Below are positions 9,346-18,948 of a DNA stretch of 64,000 nucleotides, piece after piece. Position numbers and translations under genes: made by a program. Source of the stretch: a virus; the IMG/VR virus record IMGVR_UViG_3300043470_000217, positions 61,558-125,557 of that record. One strand, written 5' to 3'. Every line of letters begins with the position of its first letter. Position 1 is the stretch's first letter. The notes under the pieces were generated by a model. The model did not search any database. It saw nothing but the letters and a program-made list of their open reading frames with translations, and was not told the origin of the DNA.

Positions 9346-9731
9346 CACCCAATTCCCATACTGGCGCACATTTCTTCAGTAACTTGTATTACTTGACTCA
9401 TTTCCTCTTTTGAGCAATCGCCAAAAGATTTGATAATAGTGGTGGTTTCCCCATCACTATTATTTTTTATAATCAATCCTGCTTTCTCTTTAACCAATAG
9501 TTTAATATCTTCAAAGTTGTGCCCGGTAAACACTGCAATCTCTCTACATGCAGCATGTGCTTTAGAGATTTGTGCAAGTGTAGCTTTGGGCCCATTTAAT
9601 TCAAAGATTACATTTACTGTAAAACCATCCGGTACTACTCCAACAAACTGGTTATAAACTTTCTTAATAGCATCATTATTAAAATCTAATTTGCCTGCTT
9701 TCTTAACTAAGGTTGTTGTGAATACTTTCAT
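9342..9731 (-). CDS. NinB/Orf-like recombination protein
   Basis: Q...H...REIA..TG....D.K...K pattern and 'SF.DCSKEEMS..I' end. Confidence 0.55.
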   Translation of the reverse strand: MKVFTTTLVKKAGKLDFNNDAIKKVYNQFVGVVPDGFTVNVIFELNGPKATLAQISKAHAACREIAVFTGHNFEDIKLLVKEKAGLIIKNNSDGETTTIIKSFGDCSKEEMSQVIQVTEEMCASMGIGC

Positions 9732-10831
9732 AAATCTAATTCTAGTTGATTAATGTTCTTCCAGGTAATCTTGTTTTGATCTAAATCAGATAGCGCTTCT
9801 TTTACCCATGTCTCATCTATAGTATTACTATAGCATAAGATATGAATAATAGATTTATCATCTGGATTTAGTCTCAGCAATCTACCTATACGCTGATTAG
9901 ACTTGCGCTCATTACTATAACTATGTAAGATAATACCTTCCTTAAGATTAGGAATGTTAATACCCTCATTAAGTTGTAGTACACAGCTTAGTCTGTTTAT
10001 AACACCATCTTTAAAGTTCTGAAGGTTTTCTTCAGATTTCTTATTTCCAGAATGGTAACTATATCTACAAAGTTTATCAGCCTGTTCTTTTGTATTAGCA
10101 AATACTATACATTTATGATTACTATTATTCATAAGCTGTGTAGCATACTTCTCTTTGCTTGGTAAACTCATCAGTGTTTTCATGCGCATGATTCTTAAAA
10201 ACCTTACTTCTTTCTCACTACTGGCATTCTGTAATTTATTATTCCAGAAAGTGTACTGCTTAAACTCTGATGTATACCATACACCCGTTTTCTTAGATTC
10301 TTTCTTCATGTTATTTCTAGTATCCAATGGCATTGTGTGCACATGAATCTCATAATCATTAAGAATTTTATCATCAATTGCGGTGTCTACAGTATATGTA
10401 AACTTAACAGGACAGTACTTGTATACTATATCTGCTTTACTACCTCTTTTAGGGGCTGTACCAGTTAGTCCAAGGATTCTACCCCGGTAACTGCTCAACC
10501 ACTCTAAATGAGTATCTAATAGACTATGCATCTCATCTAGGTACACACAGTCATAATCTGTTTTATTCTTGCTTAAAGATAAATAAGTGGTAAAAGTAAT
10601 ATGTTCTAGTAACTCATCACACTCAAACTTCTTACAATCATCTATCCAAGATTGGAAGATAGATCTTTTTGGTGCTACTACTAGATATCTACTTTGGTCA
10701 TGAAGATAATACTGCATATGCATTAGGCCCAGTTTAGTTTTACCGGCACCCATACTCATTACAGCACTACTTCTTTTATGTTTAACTACTTCTATTAATG
10801 CATTTTGTTGTACTTGGTCTCTTTTTGTCAT
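9728..10831 (-). CDS. superfamily 2 (DExH) helicase
   Basis: GAGKT, DEMH, LTGT, NEGINIP, QRIGRLLR. Confidence 0.9.
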   Translation of the reverse strand: MTKRDQVQQNALIEVVKHKRSSAVMSMGAGKTKLGLMHMQYYLHDQSRYLVVAPKRSIFQSWIDDCKKFECDELLEHITFTTYLSLSKNKTDYDCVYLDEMHSLLDTHLEWLSSYRGRILGLTGTAPKRGSKADIVYKYCPVKFTYTVDTAIDDKILNDYEIHVHTMPLDTRNNMKKESKKTGVWYTSEFKQYTFWNNKLQNASSEKEVRFLRIMRMKTLMSLPSKEKYATQLMNNSNHKCIVFANTKEQADKLCRYSYHSGNKKSEENLQNFKDGVINRLSCVLQLNEGINIPNLKEGIILHSYSNERKSNQRIGRLLRLNPDDKSIIHILCYSNTIDETWVKEALSDLDQNKITWKNINQLELDL

Positions 10832-11004
10832 TTAAATTTTAGATAAAGTGTCCAGAACAACCATCCTAATGTTATACTAAACTTATAGGTTACCCCGGTT
10901 CTAGAAATAGCAATAAATGGTAATGGATAAAAGAAGATGTAGGGATAGTCCCTTTGTCCTAATTTCTTTCTGAAAAAGTTGTAGTAAGTTGATTGTATTT
11001 TCAT
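10828..11004 (-). CDS. small membrane protein (58 aa, not in ORF track)
   Basis: Manual translation MKIQSTYYNFFRKKLGQRDYPYIFFYPLPFIAISRTGVTYKFSITLGWLFWTLYLKFK fills the gap with ATGA overlaps at both ends. Confidence 0.55.
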   Translation of the reverse strand: MKIQSTYYNFFRKKLGQRDYPYIFFYPLPFIAISRTGVTYKFSITLGWLFWTLYLKFK

Positions 11005-11660
11005 GGCAGTTCTATTGAATATGGTACATTGATTAGCTCATAATGTTCATTGAGCTGTGATGCATTAACATGAATACATCTTTCTACTAATTGGATACCA
11101 CTACCTTCATGTATATGTCCACATACGTGCAATCTGGGTTGTATCTCATCTATCTTCTCTCTTAATAAGGGGCAACCTACATGCTTTCCATTATTAGCTG
11201 CTAAATCACCGGTATATAATGGTGGCCCATGTGTAATTAATACATCACATGGTTCTATCATATCAATGACTTCCTGCATATCCTGTTCTTTCTTATTAAA
11301 AGCCCAGGTATCTCCAAAGAACCAAGGAGTCCAAGGCATTCCATAAAATGTAACACCTTCTAACTCTATAGAACTATCTTTTAAATAGATAATATCATTC
11401 TGCTCTAACTCTGCTATACCTTCAGCTAACCAGTCTGGCATTTCACCATACTTATTATCAAAAGATTTATCATGATTACCGGCAATAAATACTATATATC
11501 TATACTTAGGTTTAATTCTCATTAACCAACCAAAGAAATCTTCTACATCATGTCTACCACCTCTATTACTAAAGTCACCGGCATGAATTAAGATATCACC
11601 ATCAGGAAGATTAACATTTTCATGCATTGTATGTGTATCAGATATACAAACTATTCTCAT
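11001..11660 (-). CDS. calcineurin-like metallophosphoesterase
   Basis: SDTH, HAGD, GNHD, THGPP, GHIHE motifs. Confidence 0.9.
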   Translation of the reverse strand: MRIVCISDTHTMHENVNLPDGDILIHAGDFSNRGGRHDVEDFFGWLMRIKPKYRYIVFIAGNHDKSFDNKYGEMPDWLAEGIAELEQNDIIYLKDSSIELEGVTFYGMPWTPWFFGDTWAFNKKEQDMQEVIDMIEPCDVLITHGPPLYTGDLAANNGKHVGCPLLREKIDEIQPRLHVCGHIHEGSGIQLVERCIHVNASQLNEHYELINVPYSIELP

Positions 11661-11923
11661 AAGTCATTAATTTTTTTAGCAACTTTATATAATACTAAAT
11701 AGCCAATTAAATCTGTAATCACATCCTCATCTTCATCAGACTGCATGTTCTTAATTCTATTTAGCTTATCATCAATTCTAACAAGAATCTGTTCAGTATT
11801 ACTACTCTTAGAGAGTATCCGGATAGGATTCACTGCTGAATCACCATACTTTCTATTCTTCTCTATTAGTAACTCTTTAATCTGGTCACATGTCTCTTGA
11901 ATTAGTAATTGTGTGTTAGTCAT
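11657..11923 (-). CDS. DUF1599 / nucleotide-modification-associated domain protein
   Basis: KNRKYGDS...RIDDKLNRI...DLIGYLVL; TATATTTG promoter at 11930-11937 favours the ATG at 11923. Confidence 0.75.
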   Translation of the reverse strand: MTNTQLLIQETCDQIKELLIEKNRKYGDSAVNPIRILSKSSNTEQILVRIDDKLNRIKNMQSDEDEDVITDLIGYLVLYKVAKKINDL

Positions 11924-11956
11924 AACTTTCAAATATAAAAAATAAAGGGGATATTT

Positions 11957-12340
11957 CTATCCCCTATTGTTTTGTGATTGTCTTTGTGTTTTCCAGTATT
12001 CCATGATACCATTTAGTTCTGGCATAAATGGGATATCCCCGGATTCTTTTATGTAATAAGCAGACATATTCTTATATACATATGTATCTTCAAAGAAATG
12101 CTTAATAGTGTAGTGTTTTCTAAACACAAACTCTTTAAACATCCAAAATCTAAATTCACCAAAGGCTTGTATATAGTACTCACAGTATGAGTCTTTAACT
12201 AAACCCTTTCTTTTGTAATACTGGAACTTCTTAATGTATAAGTCCCGCATTCTGTTAAACTTGTAAATAACTGTAGCGATGTGGTGTAGTCCTAACAACA
12301 TAATAGGTGCTAGGATGATTAATGTAAGTCTTGTTTTCAT
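11957..12340 (-). CDS. hypothetical membrane-anchored protein
   Basis: N-terminal hydrophobic segment. Confidence 0.55.
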   Translation of the reverse strand: MKTRLTLIILAPIMLLGLHHIATVIYKFNRMRDLYIKKFQYYKRKGLVKDSYCEYYIQAFGEFRFWMFKEFVFRKHYTIKHFFEDTYVYKNMSAYYIKESGDIPFMPELNGIMEYWKTQRQSQNNRG

Positions 12341-12360
12341 AGTTAGTTTTTTAAAGTGTT

Positions 12361-12543
12361 CTAGGAGTCATCGTCCATGTCATAGTATTCACTACTATCT
12401 TCTATTATACCATATATTCTTTCCTGTTTGGTATAATACTTCTCACGGTAATAAGGTGAAGCCTTACACCTATCACAGAAAACTTCCTGATCCGGTATAA
12501 GGGCCTCACACACATTACATTTATTATCTGTCATTGATATCAT
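12361..12543 (-). CDS. small zinc-finger protein
   Basis: CNVC...CDRC. Confidence 0.55.
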   Translation of the reverse strand: MISMTDNKCNVCEALIPDQEVFCDRCKASPYYREKYYTKQERIYGIIEDSSEYYDMDDDS

Positions 12544-12724
12544 TACGTTTTACTTTAGCTCTGTTATATAATCTAGCAAAGGCTCTATAGTTGATCCCCA
12601 TTTTAAGACCTGCTCTACCATAAGAGTATCCTAACTCTTCTTTAAGTATTAGAGCAGCATATTGTTTAGCTGTGAATCCTTTTAAATCTAGTTTGAGAGG
12701 GGTGCTTTGATCGTTGGGTGACAT
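12524..12724 (-). CDS. small sigma-region-4-like HTH protein
   Basis: GYSYGRAGLKMGINYRAFARLYNRA resembles a region-4 HTH. Confidence 0.5.
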   Translation of the reverse strand: MSPNDQSTPLKLDLKGFTAKQYAALILKEELGYSYGRAGLKMGINYRAFARLYNRAKVKRNDINDR

Positions 12725-13728
12725 GTGTAGTTTTCTAAAATAAAGTCAGTGTTTTCTAAGTGTGCATAAAGTGATTGATCTTCTGATAGTGACTTATAAA
12801 AGCTATCATCTTTAAGATGCTTTAATGTAGGCAACTCATAAGACTCTCTTTCTATTTGTTCTTTAGCTTGTTCAATATGGTTTAAATACAAATGAGTATC
12901 ACCTAAGTTACCGATTAGTTCATCAGGAATCATATTAACTTCTTTAGCAATGATAGTCAAAAGAAGAGCATAGGAAGCAATATTAAAGGGCAAACCCAAG
13001 AATGTATCTACAGATCTCTGATTCCACATTAAAGAGATTGCTCTACTTGGAATATTAAACTTCTCAAAAGCATCTAGATCAAACTGTGGTTGATTACTAA
13101 AATACTTATAGGTGTATAGTTTTTTCTCTTCATAGCTGAGCTCTCTGGTATATACTTGAAATCCATAATGACAAGGAGGAAGTACCATTCTATCTATTTC
13201 ACCTACATTCCAGGCATTAACCATTAATCTTCTAGAGTCTGGATTAGTTTTAAGATCTTGAATTAATGTTTCAATCTGATCTATATTACCAAAACCATAC
13301 TTGTCTTCTAATGAACCTGCACCCCAACCTCTCCATTGCTTACCGTAAATAGGACCTAACTCACCCCACTTATCTTCCCATTCTTTATCTGTTTTAATTT
13401 TATTGATAAAATCTTCTTTACTATATGGAATCTTCACTTCAGGACTATTAACATACCTCTTATAAGCATCTCCATCCCAAATATGACAGTTATTTTCAAC
13501 TAAATACTTAATATTTGTATCACCCTTTAAAAACCATAATAACTCAGTTACTATTGTCTTCCAAGGCATCTTCTTTGTAGTGAGTAAAGGAAATCCATCA
13601 CTCATTTTATGTCTAATGGTATAGCCAAAGATTGACTTAGTGCCTGTTCCTGTTCTATCAGACTTCTCTACTCCGTAATCTAAGATAGATTGAAGTAGGA
13701 TCTGATATTGTGTATCTATACTATTCAT
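12688..13728 (-). CDS. thyA: thymidylate synthase
   Basis: DRTGTGT, FPLLTTKK, ELLWFL, PPCH, QRSVD, PFNIASY, GDTHLYLNH. Confidence 0.97.
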   Translation of the reverse strand: MNSIDTQYQILLQSILDYGVEKSDRTGTGTKSIFGYTIRHKMSDGFPLLTTKKMPWKTIVTELLWFLKGDTNIKYLVENNCHIWDGDAYKRYVNSPEVKIPYSKEDFINKIKTDKEWEDKWGELGPIYGKQWRGWGAGSLEDKYGFGNIDQIETLIQDLKTNPDSRRLMVNAWNVGEIDRMVLPPCHYGFQVYTRELSYEEKKLYTYKYFSNQPQFDLDAFEKFNIPSRAISLMWNQRSVDTFLGLPFNIASYALLLTIIAKEVNMIPDELIGNLGDTHLYLNHIEQAKEQIERESYELPTLKHLKDDSFYKSLSEDQSLYAHLENTDFILENYTCHPTIKAPLSN

Positions 13729-13961
13729 AAGTTATTTAAAAGATAGATAAAGTCTCTTAACTGATCCCGTTCTTTAAATTTAATAGACTGATGGTTAAAT
13801 ATTGTTACATACCACCAGTTATCATCTGATACTTCATCATTTGCAGGAGATATCAAAGTTAATGGAGAATCACTACCAATATCTAATGTATAGTAATAAA
13901 AGCTTTCATTTTCTCCATACTCCTTTTTAAATCCTAAGTTAATTATATCTTGTTCTTTCAT
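13725..13961 (-). CDS. hypothetical protein
   Basis: ORF in cassette array. Confidence 0.6.
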   Translation of the reverse strand: MKEQDIINLGFKKEYGENESFYYYTLDIGSDSPLTLISPANDEVSDDNWWYVTIFNHQSIKFKERDQLRDFIYLLNNL

Positions 13962-14245
13962 ATGTTAAAATCTGAGTATTTAAGTCCCCATTGTACATTA
14001 ACCCACATCATCTCTTTCTCTGCTAATCCTTTATTCATCTTTAGTTCTTTTCTAAGATAATCTACACCCCACTTTTTCCATTCTTCTGCTTGTGCAGTAG
14101 TCATAGTCCAGTCAGTAAACCAATCATCTTTACGGTCTTTGATGTCATCAAATGTAACATCATGACCTGCAATAACAAACATCTGATTGATGATGTCAAT
14201 CAGTGCTTTCTCTCGTTTTTCTTCTCTACTTAATCTTTTTGCCAT
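13958..14245 (-). CDS. hypothetical protein
   Basis: ORF in cassette array. Confidence 0.65.
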   Translation of the reverse strand: MAKRLSREEKREKALIDIINQMFVIAGHDVTFDDIKDRKDDWFTDWTMTTAQAEEWKKWGVDYLRKELKMNKGLAEKEMMWVNVQWGLKYSDFNI

Positions 14246-14535
14246 AATTCATAAATGCTATTTTTAGTTGCAAACTTAATGTAGTTTTCTTTTTGTTCCA
14301 AGATCTCTGTAATAGAGGTTGTCAACCAAGTATACTGAAATGGATGAGGATCTAAAATAAGTGATCTACCTACTGCAGGTTCTGTGTGTGCCTCTTTAAA
14401 AGAACCATCTTCACTCCAATCAATCCAACGTACTTGTTGACCTGCATTAGTTAAACCATCTCTTTCTCTTACTAATTTATATTTAGAGATATCTGTTAAT
14501 TCTAAATTGTATTTAGGTTGTTCTATTTTACTCAT
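14230..14535 (-). CDS. hypothetical protein
   Basis: ORF in cassette array. Confidence 0.65.
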   Translation of the reverse strand: MSKIEQPKYNLELTDISKYKLVRERDGLTNAGQQVRWIDWSEDGSFKEAHTEPAVGRSLILDPHPFQYTWLTTSITEILEQKENYIKFATKNSIYELWQKD

Positions 14536-14732
14536 AATTTTTCTATTTGTTGTTTAATTTCTTTATCAGCAATTAACCATTCATGTAATTTAGCATAAAG
14601 TAAAAGGGCTTCTGTATGTGATAGAATTTTCTTTGTTTCATTAAATTTACCACATCCGTAAATAGTGAATGTATCCTTTGTAAAAGACGTAGATAAATAA
14701 ATTAATTCTTTAGGTTCTTCTTGTAAGGTCAT
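14532..14732 (-). CDS. hypothetical protein, MTxQE...KQxIEKL cassette
   Basis: Likely start MTLQEEPKEL at 14732, overlapping the previous stop. Confidence 0.55.
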   Translation of the reverse strand: MTLQEEPKELIYLSTSFTKDTFTIYGCGKFNETKKILSHTEALLLYAKLHEWLIADKEIKQQIEKL

Positions 14733-14956
14733 AGTTTTTCTATTTCTTGTTTTACTTCTACCCAAAACATTATCACGTGAACTCTCGCCAATGTGGAAAT
14801 CATTGGCTCTTTTGGCATAGATGCTATTATTTCATCAACTGCTATTAATGCACATTGTTTAGATATTTCAAATGTTAAATAAAATATTAAACTGCCTTCT
14901 TGAGATAATTCTTTAAACTTTAAAACTAATTCTTTTGCTTTTTCTTGTGGTGTCAT
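14729..14956 (-). CDS. hypothetical protein, MTPQEKAKEL family
   Basis: CALIAVDEII...W.EVKQEIEKL; paralog at 15219. Confidence 0.65.
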   Translation of the reverse strand: MTPQEKAKELVLKFKELSQEGSLIFYLTFEISKQCALIAVDEIIASMPKEPMISTLARVHVIMFWVEVKQEIEKL

Positions 14957-14959
14957 ACT

Positions 14960-15238
14960 CTAATCTTTAATTGATTTATATTTAAATAAGAACTTAAGAC
15001 ATCCTTTATAGATTAGCAATCTGCATATCCACTTGGGTAGCCAACCAGCCATATACTCTTTTGTCTTAGTTAGTATGTATACTTTGTAGACTTCGTCTCT
15101 ATTGTGGTGATCTTCACTCTCACTGAATTCAATAGTAGCCCACTGACCTCTGGCCCTAAAGTAAAAATAATACCCTAAGAACCAGCCTTCTGCTTGTACT
15201 GGACAGTTACCTGCCGGTTTATATTTCCATTTGATCAT
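14960..15238 (-). CDS. hypothetical protein
   Basis: GNCPVQAEG..FYFRARG. Confidence 0.65.
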   Translation of the reverse strand: MIKWKYKPAGNCPVQAEGWFLGYYFYFRARGQWATIEFSESEDHHNRDEVYKVYILTKTKEYMAGWLPKWICRLLIYKGCLKFLFKYKSIKD

Positions 15239-15503
15239 TTTGTATTTGTATTAATTCGTCTTTTACTTTATCCCAGTAGTTTATATTATCCATTACTCTA
15301 GTATTTTTTAAATCATGAATTGAATCAAACTCATAATTTTCAATTATTTGTTTAACACATATTAAAGCACAAGTAATTGCTTCATTGTACCTTCTCTCAC
15401 AACTTAGTAATCCTTCTTTATGGGACCCATTGTTAGGCAACTGATAATAAAAGTCATTAATCAGCTGCCTAGCTGGTGTTGGGTTAATAATATCTTCTAG
15501 CAT
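15219..15503 (-). CDS. hypothetical protein, paralog of 14729..14956
   Basis: CALICVKQII...YWDKVKDE. Confidence 0.65.
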   Translation of the reverse strand: MLEDIINPTPARQLINDFYYQLPNNGSHKEGLLSCERRYNEAITCALICVKQIIENYEFDSIHDLKNTRVMDNINYWDKVKDELIQIQNDQMEI

Positions 15504-15506
15504 AGC

Positions 15507-15773
15507 TTACCTCCAGTTAATTTCGGTATAATTAGCTGCACCTGTATCCATAATACGATCCCATCTATACCAATTATACTGACTATTCTCATCCCATATT
15601 TTGTCTTTCACAAACTCCTCATGATATTCTTGTAGATTCTTTCTAATTCTATTAAACTTCTCTACATAGGTTATTGCAAGTTGTTCATCGTGTGTAACAA
15701 ACACAAGGTTCTCATAGTAAGTATCGTAACTTCCTGTGGGATAACTAACTAAGTACATTATTTGATTTTGCAT
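15507..15773 (-). CDS. hypothetical protein
   Basis: ORF in cassette array. Confidence 0.6.
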   Translation of the reverse strand: MQNQIMYLVSYPTGSYDTYYENLVFVTHDEQLAITYVEKFNRIRKNLQEYHEEFVKDKIWDENSQYNWYRWDRIMDTGAANYTEINWR

Positions 15774-15970
15774 GATTTACATTGGTCCATCACTTCACTC
15801 TTGACTAGTCTACACCATCCTTCTATACCTTCTTGATGCTGATAGAAAGGGCAAGACTTAATCCAGTAAGGGAATAACTCCTTCTGTTTTGCGTTTTTCT
15901 TGTGATCTGGAATATAGCAGTAAGGGGTATTCTTAGGGATTTTCTTCTTTAGTTTTCTAGGAATTCTCAT
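15758..15970 (-). CDS. small Cys-rich protein
   Basis: YCY..CPFY..WC..DQCKSC. Confidence 0.6.
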   Translation of the reverse strand: MRIPRKLKKKIPKNTPYCYIPDHKKNAKQKELFPYWIKSCPFYQHQEGIEGWCRLVKSEVMDQCKSCKIK

Positions 15971-16173
15971 TTGTTATCTACTCCGTAGTTTTCATTGTAA
16001 TAGTCTTCTCCATCATTATAACCTCTTCCAATGTCTCCATAATCAAAAGCATCAATTAGGTTTTCTTTTTCTTCTTCTAAAGCTTGTTCAATTTCTCCAT
16101 TATATTTTGCTCTATCTGTAATGGATAACTTATTTGCTAGTTTCTGTACTGCTGTTTGTTTATAGTTTGTCAT
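15967..16173 (-). CDS. hypothetical protein, KQTAV...EKE...YYNE family
   Basis: Paralog of 18359..18628. Confidence 0.6.
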   Translation of the reverse strand: MTNYKQTAVQKLANKLSITDRAKYNGEIEQALEEEKENLIDAFDYGDIGRGYNDGEDYYNENYGVDNK

Positions 16174-16384
16174 CTTCTTGTATCCCTTTCTTTAGTTCTT
16201 GTTGAATTTTAAATATGTAGTCTCTATATAGCATGTATGCATGGCGTACTTGTTGTCCACCTTTAACGTTATGCATATCTGAGACCATATCATTTAATAA
16301 CCTACTTAACATGTCTAAATCTTCAAATACAATATCTAATGTATTTTGAGAAATATTTACCGTTTTTATTTTTTTATCACTCAT
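16160..16384 (-). CDS. hypothetical protein (likely start MSDKK)
   Basis: ORF in cassette array. Confidence 0.5.
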   Translation of the reverse strand: MSDKKIKTVNISQNTLDIVFEDLDMLSRLLNDMVSDMHNVKGGQQVRHAYMLYRDYIFKIQQELKKGIQEDDKL

Positions 16385-16748
16385 CTTTTTGTCTTTCTTT
16401 TTTAATTTGTCTATCAGCATAATGGTAAACTTCAAAGAAATACATTCTTTCTTCTCCGCTTAGTTCTAATAACCTATTCCCAATAGATCTAATTTCAGTA
16501 CAGTGTTCATTATCATCATAAGTAATTATAGCAATAACATAGCAACCTTCCGGGTTTTTAAAGCATGAACTATCTATATAGTGATGATCTTTAGCTAAAC
16601 TAAATTTTCCATCTTCAGATGATATACGTTTATATCCCTCTTCCTCTAGTTTAGCTTCTGCACCATAGTAACTATTAGGATACCATTTAACAAACTCATA
16701 GGTATCATGAATAAATCTACACTCTATGTTTTCTATTCTTATTTTCAT
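16377..16748 (-). CDS. hypothetical protein
   Basis: ORF in cassette array. Confidence 0.6.
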   Translation of the reverse strand: MKIRIENIECRFIHDTYEFVKWYPNSYYGAEAKLEEEGYKRISSEDGKFSLAKDHHYIDSSCFKNPEGCYVIAIITYDDNEHCTEIRSIGNRLLELSGEERMYFFEVYHYADRQIKKERQKDE

Positions 16749-17362
16749 GGTTTTTTGTTTTCTAGTTTCTCTAATTGTTTTTCTAATCTATCAATACTAC
16801 CCCAGATAATACTTGCTTTAGCATCTAGTTTTAAGATTTCAGCTACTATTTCTTCTTGTCTACCCCTACTGTAAAACCCGTTTTCTATATCATCAGCTAA
16901 GTCTTGTAAGTGTTTAGGTGCTGAAATACTAATCCTTAAGTCATAACTACTCCATTTAGTCTTGTAGTCCCAGAATATAATACCTTTGGTTAAGTTTCTA
17001 AATAGATTATGTAGTCTTCTGTTTCTTACTCTTACAATAGAGTTATCACAACCAAACAAATGTAAAAAGCGTAGAAACCATCTAGGGCACCATTTAGGCT
17101 TAGCTTCATAGTCCATAGCTAAAACTAACGGGTAAATAGCCTTAAAACAATCTCCGTCTTCATTGTAAGGAATAGTACCTAAGTAAGAATACTTATCATA
17201 GAAACCTTTAGGGAAGAATATAGGTCTAATTTCTCTCCAGCCTATATGCATAGTATTAACCATACCTTTCTTACGTCCTCTCCAAAACAGTAAGCCTGCT
17301 AAGAAGAAGGTTACTTTCTCCTTAACAGGTCTTTTGTCTTTTATTTCAAATTTGGTTCTCAT
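16745..17362 (-). CDS. hypothetical protein
   Basis: 205-aa ORF in operon. Confidence 0.65.
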   Translation of the reverse strand: MRTKFEIKDKRPVKEKVTFFLAGLLFWRGRKKGMVNTMHIGWREIRPIFFPKGFYDKYSYLGTIPYNEDGDCFKAIYPLVLAMDYEAKPKWCPRWFLRFLHLFGCDNSIVRVRNRRLHNLFRNLTKGIIFWDYKTKWSSYDLRISISAPKHLQDLADDIENGFYSRGRQEEIVAEILKLDAKASIIWGSIDRLEKQLEKLENKKP

Positions 17363-17747
17363 TTTCTTTTACGATTTTAATCATTTCTCTAAGACAAGCA
17401 AGTTCGGCTTCTTCGTAGGTTCCAACTTTAGGGTCTTTATTAAATTCTTCCATTGTTCTTTGTTTAGTATATTCTAAACCTGATAATGACATATCATATA
17501 TGTGATAATCAAACATTTTAACATTTGGTCTGAATCCAATAAATCCTCTTAAATTATACTTTTCTCTAAACCATCTAAATGCTTGTTGATAAAGTGGTGC
17601 TAAACATATTGTTCTACCATTTACCATATCATTTTCCCAAACTTTAAATAAGTTTTTGTTTTCATCAAATGATGATAAACAAGGTTCATCAAATCCTAAT
17701 TCTTTTAAAGCTAATGCTTCTTCATAAGGTACAAATTCTTTGTTCAT
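17346..17747 (-). CDS. hypothetical protein, 'ALxLKxLGFxEPC' family
   Basis: Tandem paralog of 17761..18108. Confidence 0.7.
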   Translation of the reverse strand: MNKEFVPYEEALALKELGFDEPCLSSFDENKNLFKVWENDMVNGRTICLAPLYQQAFRWFREKYNLRGFIGFRPNVKMFDYHIYDMSLSGLEYTKQRTMEEFNKDPKVGTYEEAELACLREMIKIVKENENQI

Positions 17748-17760
17748 CTCCGTTTTTTGT

Positions 17761-18108
17761 TTATTGTTTTTCTTTTACTATTTCAATTAATTTTTTAAGG
17801 CAAGCAAGTTCCGCTTCTTCGTAGGTGAAGAATCCATCAGTAACACCTTCAACCCCTTGTATTTTAAACCCCCACTTATACTTGTTGGAAGGTAAAAGTT
17901 GTGAAAATATTTCCGCTACCTTACCATTATCTCTAAAGAATCTGAATGACTGGGAGTAGGTTGGTGCTAAAACAGTATATTCTCCGTGATTAATGTATTC
18001 ACATATATCTAATCTTCTACCTGCGTGATAATAAGAAGCCAAACAAGGTTCAGCAAATCCAAGTTGTTTTAGCTCTAATGCTTCTGGATATAGTGTAAAG
18101 TCTTTCAT
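17761..18108 (-). CDS. hypothetical protein, 'ALxLKxLGFxEPC' family
   Basis: Shares LAP.Y.Q.FR.FR and TYEEAELACL with 17346..17747. Confidence 0.7.
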   Translation of the reverse strand: MKDFTLYPEALELKQLGFAEPCLASYYHAGRRLDICEYINHGEYTVLAPTYSQSFRFFRDNGKVAEIFSQLLPSNKYKWGFKIQGVEGVTDGFFTYEEAELACLKKLIEIVKEKQ

Positions 18109-18362
18109 TTCTTAATATTTTTATAAATGTAGGTAGTATCACACTTACCGTCTGTACACACAATTTCAATAGAAGGTTTGATGGGCTTATCTGATTTTAT
18201 ACCAGCTTGTTTTATTCCTAACATACCTGCTACTACACTTACAGCCATGAGTGCAAATAATAACAAATGGAACAAGTCACTACGCTCATCACGTTCATCA
18301 TTGTCAATCTTGTTTAATCCAAGTATAATAACAGCAGCTAAGATTCCAAGTATCCACATCAT
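18105..18362 (-). CDS. small two-TM membrane protein
   Basis: Two hydrophobic segments. Confidence 0.6.
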   Translation of the reverse strand: MMWILGILAAVIILGLNKIDNDERDERSDLFHLLLFALMAVSVVAGMLGIKQAGIKSDKPIKPSIEIVCTDGKCDTTYIYKNIKK

Positions 18363-18628
18363 TGCTCACTTCCTCCGTAGGTTTCGTTGTAGTATTGTTC
18401 ACCAGTTAGTGGTAGTGTACTTTCAGGATAATCAATTCCATGAACTGTTCCTTTATTGTATGCAGTTTCAATTCTTTCCTTTTCCATTTCTTTGGCTTGT
18501 TCATATAAAGTAGCATAAGTGTTTGCATATTCACCTATTGATATTTCACCCTTTTCTAATTGAATTTTTAAATCCCAAGTTTTTTGGTGAAACCACTCCA
18601 CTGCCGTTTGTTGTTTATTGTTTGTCAT
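18359..18628 (-). CDS. hypothetical protein, KQTAV...EKE...YYNE family
   Basis: QQTAVEW...EQAKEMEKE...GEQYYNETYG. Confidence 0.7.
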   Translation of the reverse strand: MTNNKQQTAVEWFHQKTWDLKIQLEKGEISIGEYANTYATLYEQAKEMEKERIETAYNKGTVHGIDYPESTLPLTGEQYYNETYGGSEQ

Positions 18629-18693
18629 AAATTAAAGTTTACCTTGAGTCATATAGACGTGAGTGTCTATAGTCCATAAGAATTTAAATCTTT

Positions 18694-18948
18694 TCATAAA
18701 GCTTCTATCTTTTGTAGTAGCTCTGTTACCTCACCTTCTGTAAGGTGACCTAGTACATCATCTGTTATAGGTGTATCATAGGATATTAAACCGTCAAATA
18801 ATACAGCCAGTTCATACAATCCATCTTTACCCCCGTAACTTCTATCAGTCTTAATTACACTAGCCCCGTAACCATTATTAAAGGTTACCATAGCATGTAT
18901 ACCATCAGCATATGTAGATGGTACAAAAGTTAAATCATCAAATGTCAT
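18694..18948 (-). CDS. conserved phage hypothetical protein
   Basis: FNNGYGASVI...SYGG..GLYELAV...TPITDDVLG pattern. Confidence 0.7.
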   Translation of the reverse strand: MTFDDLTFVPSTYADGIHAMVTFNNGYGASVIKTDRSYGGKDGLYELAVLFDGLISYDTPITDDVLGHLTEGEVTELLQKIEAL

